Shown here one piece after another: positions 1 to 12,000 of a stretch of DNA of 64,000 bases; the first letter of the stretch is position 1, and the number at the start of each line of letters is the position of its first letter. Where the stretch lies: the NCBI GenBank assembly GCA_033344775.1, contig JAWPMT010000002.1, positions 898,685 through 962,684 of the forward strand, read 5' to 3'. A program made the translations under genes and the position numbers. The stretch is from Cytophagales bacterium (GTDB taxonomy: Bacteria; Bacteroidota; Bacteroidia; Cytophagales; Cyclobacteriaceae). The notes under the pieces were generated by a model. It was not told the DNA's origin. It searched no databases and saw nothing but the letters and a program-made list of their open reading frames with translations.

Positions 1-3000
1 CTGCCCGATGGAAACCTGGAATTTCTCGGAAGGATCGATCATCAGGTCAAGATCAGGGGTTTCAGAGTTGAGTTATCAGAAATAGAGAATCAGCTGGCGT
101 CACACGCTGACATCACTGATGTTCATGTAGTTGCCAAAGAAAGGGACAATCATCAATACCTCGTGGGTTACTACATTGCTAAGTATGATATAGAGGCAAA
201 TGAGTTGAGGAATTACCTGGCAGAATTACTTCCTGATTATATGCTGCCATCTTATTTTGTTCAACTTGAGGAATTCCCGCTGACCTTGAATGGTAAGGTT
301 GACCACAGAGCCTTGCCAAAAGAAGACATAACACGAACCACCAACCATGTGCCTCCTAAGACAGAAAAAGAAAAGGCACTGTGTGAGGTGTGGTCACAAG
401 TATTACGGGTAGATCAAATAGGTATTAGAGATAACTTTTTTGCGATAGGAGGAGACTCGATCAAGTCTATTCAGATCAGTTCAAGAATGCGCCAGGTTGG
501 TTATGAAATGTCTATCAAAGACATTTTTAATAGCCAAACCATTGAACAATTAGCGCCTAAACTGAAACTCAGAGAGATCACTGCTGATCAGTCAGAAGTA
601 ACTGGAGAAGTGCCATTTACAGCTATTCAGCGATGGTATTTTGCACAGCAACTGAAGTCACCACATCACTATAATCAATCGGTGATGCTCAATTTCTCTG
701 AAGGGATAACTGATGACACTGTTTATCGCATATTCGATGCCATACAGTCACATCATGACGCATTGCGGATGCGGTTCAGGAATGAGGGTGATCGAACGAT
801 TCAGGAAAATCAACCGAAAGGTATTGATGTGGCGATCACAGAAGTGGATCTAAAACAGCTACCAGACCCTCAAAAAGAGCTGCTCACTTTATGCAACGAA
901 GTTCAAAGTAGCATCGATCTGGAATCAGGTCCTCTGATGAAACTAGGTTTGTTCCACTTGAATGATGGGAGTCGACTATTAATTGCCGTTCACCATTTAG
1001 TGATGGATGGTGTGTCATGGCGAATTGTATTTGAAGATATTGAAACGTTGTACACACAGATCAAGAAGGGAGACACCTTGACTTTGCCTCCTAAGACTGA
1101 TGCTTTCAAAAAGTGGGCCCATGGCATTCAATCGTACCTTCAGCAAGATCAATTCCTAAGTAAGCAATCATATTGGCAAACCGCAATTGACCAGGACTTC
1201 CAGGCGATCCCAAGAGACTTCCCTGAAGGCGGAAATCGGTACACAGATGCTTCGACGATCAGTTTTCAGCTAGATGAAAACCTAACTCAACTCTTGTTAA
1301 CAAAAGTCAATCGGCCATATGCTACCCAGATCAATGATATCTTATTAAGTGCTTTGTTGCTGAGCATCAAAGCGTGCTTTAATACCAATAATCTTCGCGT
1401 TGATTTTGAGGGACATGGTCGTGAGGAGATCCTAAAAAACGTAGATATTAGTCGTACAATTGGCTGGTTTACCAGTATTTATCCGGTTCAGCTAAACCTG
1501 GAAGGTGACGATTTGAGTGATTTGATCAAATCAGTTAAGGAAAAACTTCGTGCGGTACCGAATAATGGAGTCGACTATCTGATCAGTAAATTCCTTACAG
1601 AAGATGCTTTCAATGAGGATCCTGTGGTTGCCGATTCGAGTATCAGGTTTAACTACCTGGGACAATTTGATAGTGATACCGAGGACAGAGTATTTGCGAT
1701 GGCTTCTGAGCAAAAAGGGCTCAACCACACCTTAGAAGAAGAAAGGGTCTATGATTGGGATTTTTCTGGAATGGTGTCTAGTGGTCACTTAAGTCTTAGT
1801 CTGACGTATAGCCAATTGCAATATCATCGGGAAACGGTGGTAGCAGTAATGGAAACCTTCAAAGAGAAGCTTGAAGACCTCATCCAATACTGCTCCCAGT
1901 TAAAAATCGAAGAGCTCACACCTTCGGATCTTACCTATAAAAACCTGACGATTCCTCAATTGGAATTGCTTCAAAGTCAGTACAAAGTCAGCGATGTGTA
2001 TCCCTTGTCTTCCATGCAAGAGGGTATGTTATTCCACGCCTTGCTAGATCGTGAGGCGGATTTCTATTTTGAACAAATTAGCTACCGACTTAAAGGTCAG
2101 GTAGACATTGGCGCGATAGAGAAAAGCTTTTCTTACCTGATCGAGCGGTATGATATCCTCCGAACCTTATTCCTCCATGAAGGTTTTGAACGGCCTTTAC
2201 AAGTGGTCTTGAAAGAGCGTAAGCCCGATCTGAGTTACCATGACCTTACGGAAGAATTGGAAAATGGAGATTTCCATGAAACCATTCAAGCTTACAGAGA
2301 TCAGGATAAGGCCAATAAGTTCAACTTGAGTCGTGATCCACTGATGAGAGTGATCATACTAAAAGTCAATGAGGATGAATATGAGTTTATCTGGAGTCAC
2401 CACCACATCTTGATGGATGGCTGGTGCATGGGAGTCATCATCAATGAATTTAGTGCACTATATAGGAGTTTTAAACACGATACGCCAATAGATCTCCCAC
2501 CGGTTCAGCCTTATTCCAGTTACATTGGATGGTTGGAGGACAGGGATAAAAAAGCAGCTGTTAATTATTGGGCGAAGTACCTCCAGGGGTATGAGAAAAT
2601 CGCAACATTACCCAAGAACCTGAACTCACCTCAGAGTGCCGGCAACTACCAGAAAAGACATGTATCGGCTGTTTTAAACAAAGTTCAAACAGATGCTTTA
2701 CGAAAGTTGGGAGGCCAATATGGCGTCACTTTGAACACGATCATTCAGAGCTTATGGGCGGTGTTATTGGCCCGCTATAACAACACCAAAGATGTGGTCT
2801 TTGGAACGGTCGTTTCCGGCAGACCAGCCGAAATTTCCGGAATCGAGACCATGGTTGGTCTTTTTATCAATACCATACCGACACGGATCACTTTCGATGC
2901 TGCGGATACTTTAGGTGCCTTACTCCAAAAGGTTCAACAGATTTCATTGGAAACGGAGGAATTTCATTACAACTCTCTACCGGAGATTCAATCTCACAGT

Positions 3001-6000
3001 GAATTAGGTAAGGACCTCATCGATCACATCATGGTCTTCGAAAATTACCCGATCTCTAAAGAGATAGAAGGAAATGCGAAAGAGGAAGGCGACTACCTGG
3101 TTCATCATATGGAAGTATTTGAACAGTCGCATTACGATCTTACCATATTGGTATTTCCCGGTGATGAAATACGAATTGAATGGCAATACAATGGCCTTGT
3201 ATTTGCCGATGAAACAATCGAGAACGTCAGGGGCCATCTGCTGAATATATTTGATGCTGCGATATCGAATAGCGAGACTTTACCTGCTGAAATAGACTTG
3301 CTTTCACCTGAAGATCGATCGCTTTTATTGAAGGAATTCAATGCTACGGAAGAAGCTTATGACCAGTATCAGACACTGATCCACTTGTTTGATAGATGGG
3401 TCAAAGAAACACCGGATGAGGAGGCTTTGATATTCGATGATCAGACATTAAGCTATCGCGAATTGAATAACAAGGTGGATAAGCAATGCGCTCGATTACA
3501 AAAAGAGGGTATAGGAACTGGAGATATTATCGCCGTAATGATTGAAAGATCTCCTGAAATGGTGATCGGTATCCTTGCCGTACTTAAATCTGGTGCGGCG
3601 TATTTGCCCATTGATACAGAGTTGCCAGATTCCCGCATAAGATTCATGCTAAAGGAAAGTGGCGCTGCTCTGCTGTTCACTGAAAGTTTGCATTTGGACT
3701 CTTTCCGAAATACGATACGTGTACTAGATATTCTTTCAATTCAGGACGGAGCGATTGGATCTTTTCAACCCGTAGCTGTTTCTCCTACTGATTTAGCTTA
3801 CATCATTTATACCTCAGGATCAACGGGGCGGCCTAAAGGCGTGATGGTGGAACATCGTTCGGTGATCAACCTCGTTAAATCTCTTCCGAAGCATTATGGG
3901 ATCACAGACCAGGAAAAATTCTTGCTTTTTGCCAATGTGAGTTTCGATGCTTCTGTAGAACAAATGTGGCTTGCGTTTGATACAGGAGGGACACTGGTAG
4001 TACCCGACAGGGAGATGATTTTAAGCGAGACTTTACTGAATGCCTACTTGCGACGAACGGAAGTTTCTCACTTACATGTAACCCCTTCTTTTTTGGCCAA
4101 TTCCAACCTGGAAAACATGCCTTCCCTCAAACGAATCAATGTTGGAGGGGAAATGTGTCCGGTAAACGTTGTTCAGAAATATGCCGCAGATTACCCGATT
4201 TTTAATTCATACGGTCCAACAGAGGCGACAGTAACAACACATGTGTATGCATTCGACCCGGAGACGCTTGACTTAAGCACACTTCCTCTGGGAAAGGCGG
4301 TTGCCAATACCCAAACTTTTATCCTCAGCGAGGAAGATAATCTTCAACCGATGGGAGTTGTCGGAGAGATATGCATCAGTGGATATGGCTTAAGTTGCGG
4401 CTATCTTAACGACGATAGCCTTACCGCGGCAAAATTTGTCGAAAACCCATTTGATCATAACAGTAGGCTATACAGGACCGGAGACCTGGGAAGGTGGCTT
4501 CCTGACGGAAATATTGAAATCCTAGGAAGAGTTGATGATCAGGTGAAAGTAAGAGGATTCCGAATAGAGACAGGAGAGATAGAAAGCTGTCTGACATCTC
4601 ATGATTCCGTGAATGCCTCCGCCATTTTGGTGATAGGAGAAGGGAATGAGAAAGAAATTGTGGCTTACTATTTGTCCGAAGGAGACGTCTCACATTCCGA
4701 GTTGAGAGATTACCTGGCAATGCAGCTGCCTCATTACATGCTGCCATCACGTTTTGTAGGGTTGGAGGAATTCCCAATCAATACCAACGGAAAACTTGAT
4801 CGAAAAGCTCTTGCCAATATCAGCTCGAATGAAGTTGCCGGAGTAGTGAAACCCATCACGCCGACTCAAGAGTATTTACTCACATTGTGGAGTGAAGTGC
4901 TGAAAAAGAAGAAAGAACACATCAGTATTAATAAGAGCTTTTTCGAGCTGGGTGGGCATTCATTGAAGGCCATGATGCTGGTCAACAAAATATCGCAGGA
5001 TTTAGACATTGCGTTGCCTGTACGGGAGGTATTTGCGCATGAAGATATCATCAGCCTTGCGGCACATATTGATACACTGGATAGTGATCTTCATACGGCC
5101 ATCACAAGAGCTCCGGAAAAACCACTTTATGCGGCTTCTTCAGCTCAGCAACGATTGTTTTTCTTACACGAGCTGGAAAGAGACTCGGTAGCATACAACA
5201 TGCCTCGTATTTTGAGGCTAAAAGGTGAATTGAAGCGTGATCAATTGGAAAAGGCCTTTGAGACGTTGATCTATCGGCATGATATCTTCCGAACTTCGAT
5301 CGAACTATTCAATGGTGAGGTAGTACAACGAGTGGCTGATCATCCCAATTTTGAAATAACTCATTTTGAAGCGGATGAACAACGTGTTGAAGGTATTGTT
5401 CGTCAATTCATTCGTCCCTTCGACCTTGGTGTAGCTCCATTATTTAGAGTAGGACTGATCCACTTATCCGCTGATGAGCATGTTTTGATGATGGATATAC
5501 ATCATATCATCAGTGACGGGGCTTCGCAGGGACATCTGATCAATGAATTGATGCGTGTCTATAATGGCGAACAGCTTCAAGATCTACCATTACAGTACAG
5601 AGATTATGCTGAATGGCAACAGCGTGAAACCCAACAAGACCGGCTTTCCAGACAAAGATCCTTTTGGTTAAGAGAATTTGAAGAAGACGTTACCGCATTG
5701 GATCTACCGACTGACCATGCACGTCCAAAAGAGAAAGATTATTCCGGCGCAACCACAGGTTTCTTATTGGCTACTGAAGCATCAGTGGGATTAAAGACCT
5801 TGAGTGAAAAGCAAGGAACGACCATGTTCATGACCTTTTTGTCAATATTCAATGTGTTGTTGAGCAAACTGGGTAATGTACAGGATATTGTGGTCGGAAC
5901 ACCAGTCGCAGGTCGTAATCACGCGGACCTGGAGGGTATGCAAGGCATGTTTGTCAATACACTGGCGTTACGCAACTATCCCGATGATCAGTTGAGCTTT

Positions 6001-9000
6001 GAAGCTTTCTTGCAAAACGTAAAAGAGCGTGTATTTAATTGTTTTGAGAACCAGGATTATCAATACGAAGAGTTGGTTGATGCACTGGACCTGAATAGGG
6101 ACCAAGGAAGAAATCCACTGTTTGATGTGGCGTTTGTCTATCAAAACTTCGAGGAAGGAACACAGGCGATCCCAGACCTTACAGTCCATCCAATGAACAG
6201 TGGACATGACGTAGCAAAATTTGACCTGACCTTTACAGTCAGTGAAATAGTAGAGAACTTTCATGTTCATGTCAATTATGCTACAGAGTTGTTCGATCCA
6301 TCGACCATTGATCGCTTCAATGGTTATTTGAAGGCATTAATTGGGCAAGTTGCCACCGACGCCACCGTGAAGTTGTCGGAAATAGATGTACTATCTGATG
6401 AAGAGCGAAATCAACAGATATCAGTATTCAATGCTACTAAATTGCCTTACAACAGAGACGAGACGCTTGTTGACATCTTTGAACAATGGGTAGAAAGAAC
6501 CCCAGATGAAACCGCATTGATCTTCCATGGAGAGACGTTAAGCTATCTGGAATTGAATCAGCGTTCAAATGATCTGTGTGCTCAATTACAGGGCTCCGGC
6601 GTTAGAAAAGGAGATATTGTGGCCATTATGATCGAAAGATCTCCAGAATTGGTCATAGGAATTTTAGCGATACTGAAAGCTGGAGCGGCTTACCTGCCGA
6701 TCGATACGAAACTGCCTGTCTCAAGGGTAAGGTTTATGCTCGAAGATAGCGGCGCCAGGATATTGCTGACTGAAACAGATAAGATTGAATCAGGGGAATA
6801 TGATTTGGCGGCAGTAGATGTTAGATCTCATGAAAGTGTTGAAGGTACCTATCAGCCTGTTACTTTCTCCTCTGGCGATTTGGCATATGTTATTTACACG
6901 TCCGGCTCAACCGGAACACCGAAAGGGGTGATGATCGAACATCGGTCACTGATCAATTTATTGCACGATCATAAGGAGAAGATGAGCATTACCCAGGGGG
7001 AACGAATGTTGATGTTCTCAAGTGTAAGTTTTGATGCTTCTGTCGGACAGATTTGGTATGCTTTCAACAGTGGATCAGCGGTGGTTGTTGTGGATGAGAA
7101 GACGCTCACCAATACGGAGTTGCTGAACGCATACCTGGTGAAAAGTCAGGTCTCGTATTTCGAAGTGATGCCATCATTCCTTTCGAGCTTTGAATTGGAA
7201 GACAATCCTTATCTGAAGCGAATCGTAGTGGGCGGAGAAAAATGCCCGGTTCATTTGGCTGAGAAATACAGTAGATCCCTTGATTTTTTCAATGCATATG
7301 GACCTACAGAGGCTACCATTGTTACCAATATTTTCCATTATAATAAGAGAGTCTACGACCGGTCATCTGTCCCTATTGGAAAGCAGATTGCCAATTCCAG
7401 TGCTTACATTTTGAGCAGGAGTAATACCCTTCAGCCTATTGGTGTTGTAGGCGAGCTTTACCTTGGCGGGGATTGCCTTGGACGGGGATATCTGAATAAT
7501 CAGACACTGACGAATGAAAGATTTATCCAGAGCCCATTTCGATCTGACGAACGTCTTTATAAGACAGGAGACCTGGCCAGATGGCTTCCCGATGGTAATG
7601 TTGAATTTATTGGAAGGATAGATGATCAGGTAAAGATCAGGGGATTTCGAATCGAAACGGGTGAAATAGAAAGTTGCCTGCTTAAACTTGAATCAATTAC
7701 TGCTGCGGCGGTGATTGTGTTGGGTAATGGGAATGATGCGAAGTTGGTGACCTATTATGTAGCGCCGGAGAAATTGCCTGTTGGCAGGATGAAAGATCAA
7801 CTTTCCGAGTTTTTACCGGCTTATATGGTACCAGCTCACTTTGTTCACCTTAATTTCCTACCGGTCACTAGAAATGCCAAATTAGACCGCAAAGCTTTGC
7901 CTAAGGTAGAAATTCAAGCTGTAGAGGAGGATTTCGTGGGTCCGGAAACGGCTACAGAGGAAAAAATGGTTGAACTGTGGAGTGATGTCCTAAAACTCAA
8001 GAAGGATGTAATCAGTGTTGATCATAACTTTTTTGATTTAGGGGGACACTCACTGAAGGCGATGACGCTGACCAATAAAATTACAGAGTCGTTGGCGGTT
8101 AAAGTCCCTGTAAAAGAACTCTTTACTTATCAGGACATAAGAAGTCTAGCCAATTTCATAGATGGATTGTCAAAAAAACAAAGGGCGTCTATTCCTCGTG
8201 CTCCGGAAAAAACTTACTATGCCAGCTCAGCGGCACAACAACGACAATATTTTCTGAATGAGTTCGATAAACACTCCACTGCTTACAACATCCCTCAGGT
8301 CGTTAGAATTGAAGGTGAATTTGACGCTGAGAAATTGGAAGAAGCTTTTAGGACGCTAATTGATCGACATGAGATCTTTCGAACGGCTATCGAATTGGTT
8401 GAGGGAAGTGTGGTTCAAAGGGTGATTGAGGATCCAGGCTTTGAGATGCAGCACTATGAACCGGGTGATCGAAGTACGGAGGAAGTCGTCAAGCAATTCA
8501 TTCAGCCTTTCGATTTGAGTCAACCACCCTTACTAAGAGTCGGATTGGTCACACGGTCCACCAAAGATCGCATGCTGATGATAGATATGCATCATGTGAT
8601 CAGTGATGGCGTGTCTCAAGGGTATTTGATCAATGAACTAATCAGTATTTATAATGGAAAGCAACTTCATGACCTAACACTACATTACAAGGATTATGCT
8701 GAGTGGCAACAGAGTGAGGCTGAGCAAACCAGACTATCCGAGAGTAAAGTATTTTGGCTGAATGCGTTTGAACAAGAGATCAAAATACTAAACCTTCCTG
8801 GTGACTTTTCCCGACCCAAGGTCAAGGATTATTCCGGAGCAATTTCCGGATGTTTGTTAAGTGCCGAGGAATCTGTCGGTTTAAAAGCACTGAATAAGGA
8901 GCAGGGAACGACCATGTTCATGACCATGCTTTCTGTTCTCAATGTGTTATTGAGCAAGTTGAGTAATGAGCAAGACATCATCGTAGGAACACCTACCTCA

Positions 9001-12000
9001 GGAAGAACACATGCAGATCTGGAAAGGATGCAAGGGATGTTTGTCAACACGCTGCCTCTCCGAAACTACCCTAAACATGCCTTGCGCTTTGACGCTTTCT
9101 TGCGTCAGGTGAAAGAAAATGTCCTCAATTGTTTTGAACATCAGGTTTATCAATATGAGGACCTGGTAGAAGCCCTGGAATTAACCAGAGATACCGGGCG
9201 TAATCCAATGTTTGATGTGATGTTTGCTTACCACCGATATGAAGAGGAGGCTGAGGCGATACAGGATCTACGGATTACTTCTGTAAAAAATGAACATGTT
9301 GTCGCCAAATTTGATTTGTCATTTACCGTAAATGAGTTGAAGGATGGGTTACACCTTAGCGTAAACTATGCCACGGAGTTATTCCGTTCTTCGACCATTA
9401 ACCGTTTCTTGAATTACTTCAAAAAGGTGATTAGCTGTGTTATCGCTGACGTAGCAATTCCTCTTTCCGAGATTGACATCCTTTCACCTGAAGAAAGGCA
9501 TGAACTATTAAACGAATGCGGCTATTCGGCTGAATCCATAGAAAAAGATACGACCCTTGTCGATTTGTTCGAAAGATCGGTGGAACAGCATTCAGATGAA
9601 ATCGCACTGATAGCCGAGAAAGAAGAGCTCAGTTATTTTGAACTGAATCGACGTGTAAATGAGCAGTGTTTGCGATTGCAAAAAGCGAACATCAAACCAG
9701 GAGACATTGTGGCCGTCATGATCGAAAGGTCACCGGAAATGGTCATTGCAATTCTTGCTGTTTTGAAGTCTGGTGCAGCCTATTTGCCGATCGATACCAG
9801 TTTGCCAGGATCCCGGGTCTTGTTCATGCTTCAGGAAAGTGCTGCCAAATTGCTGCTGACTGAGAGAACATATGTTTCTCAATTTGAGAAGGCATTAACT
9901 GTGTTGGATACCCGATCCGAGACAAACCTGGACGGTCAACCCTACCAACCAGTTGGATTTTCTCCCTCAGAATTGGCTTATATCATCTATACCTCTGGGT
10001 CGACGGGTCAACCCAAAGGTGTCATGGTGGAACATCGTTCGGTCATCAACCTGGTCCAATCACTTCCTGAACAATATGGGATAGCCGACCGAGAAAGGAT
10101 CTTACTATTTGCCAATGTAAGTTTTGATGCGTCAGTGGAACAGATGTGGCTTGCCTTTGGTACCGGTGGTACGTTGGTCGTTCCCAATAAAGAAATGATT
10201 CTAAGCGAGCATTTACTCAATACTTTTCTCCAGGAATCCGGTGTTACCCATCTTCATGTGACACCATCATTTCTGGCCAGTTTTGAATTAAGTAAAAGCA
10301 ACGCATTGCGGCGAATCAACGTGGGCGGGGAAAAATGTCCGGTGCATGTGGTGCAGAAATATGCTGCTAATTATCCGATCTATAATTCCTATGGCCCAAC
10401 CGAAGCCACAGTAACGACCCATGTTTATTCTTTTGTTCCAGGGAGTGGAGATTGGAATGCGCTACCCTTAGGCAAGGCTGTTGCCAACACCCGTACCTAT
10501 GTGCTCAATGAGCAAGGGAAGCTCCAGCCCAGGGGAGTTGTTGGTGAAATATGCATAAGCGGTGAGGGCTTGAGCCGAGGTTACGTAAATAATCCTACTC
10601 AAACGTCACTAAAGTTCATCGAAAGCCCCTTCGAAAAAGGAGAGCGGCTCTATAAAACAGGAGATCTTGGAAGACGGCTCCCTGATGGCACTATTGAGAT
10701 TCTTGGAAGGGTGGATGATCAGGTGAAAATCAGAGGGTATCGAGTGGAGTTAGGTGAGATCGAAAGTCATATACTGGCCCATGAATCCGTCATTGCCTGT
10801 GCTGTGTTACTGATGGAAAGAGGAGATGTTGAGACTTTGGTAGCTTATTACGTATCAAAAGAGCAGGATCTTGAATCTTCTTTGTCTCACGTTCTGTCAC
10901 GACAATTACCTGCGTATATGGTGCCTGCTCAATTTATATTACTTGATCTGCTTCCGGTTACCGCTAATGGTAAATTGGACCGAAAGGCCATTGGTGAGCA
11001 AGAGATTCAAACAAAACAAGATTACGTGCCTCCGAATAATCCTGTACAACAGCGAATGGTATCGTTTTGGGCTGAAGTGTTGAATTTACGAGAGGATGAG
11101 ATCAGTATAGATCAAAGTTTTTTTCAGTTAGGCGGGAATTCTTTAAAAGCCATGATTCTTTTCAAGAAGCTTTCTGACTCATTTGAAGTGCCCATGGCAT
11201 TGGTGGATTTGTTTTCATATCCGACCATTAACGAGTTTTCAACTCATTTTGCGCTGGAGACGGAAGAACCCCTTCGGTCTGAATCCGATGAACTGGTTAG
11301 GTTAAAGCATGAGCAATCGAATGAAAAGAACTTGTTCTTTATTCACGATGGCAGTGGGGATTTACTGGGGTATCTGGATCTTGTCAGTCACCTCGCAGGG
11401 TGTAATTGTTGGGGAATCAGATCCGGAAGTTTATCGGACCTGAGCTACGAAGTGTCCAATGTTCATGAAATAGCTTCGAAATATATTGATTTGATCAAAT
11501 CTATTCAACCACAAGGGCCCTATCACCTCGCAGGTTGGAGTTTCGGTGGTGTTATTGCCCATGAAATGGCTTATCAACTGGAAGCAGAAAGCGCCGAAAA
11601 GGTTGCCCAGGTTTTTATGTTCGATACGGTATTGAATGAGAACACGCAGCAGGTTCAAGGTGATTTATTAACAGAAATCCAAAGTGCTATTACAGGGTTT
11701 TTCGATTGGGATACCGATCAACTACTCAAGGCCAAATCTTTCGAAGAATTGCTCATGGACTTCAAAAAGCTGACTAGCCTTAATAACCTTGATGCCGTAT
11801 CTGTGCTGAGAACATTGCCAGAAGGGATTCGAAATATGTTGCCAACTGAGGACAACATTGATATTGAGAACATGTTGATGTATTTCAAGACCATTGCCAT
11901 GTTTAGACGTGTGATGCTAAGCTATCGCCCAAAAGGAAAAGTTGATGCTCCACTTTTATATGTCCACGCCGAAGACTCTAATTTCGATTGGAATCGTTGG

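Noticed and set aside
1531-11900. Short antisense or alternative-frame ORFs inside the NRPS gene, and the analogous nested ORFs inside all other large genes
   Set aside because: They are fully embedded in long ORFs whose frames carry dense family motifs. They are 60-130 aa with no motifs, as expected by chance in long genes.
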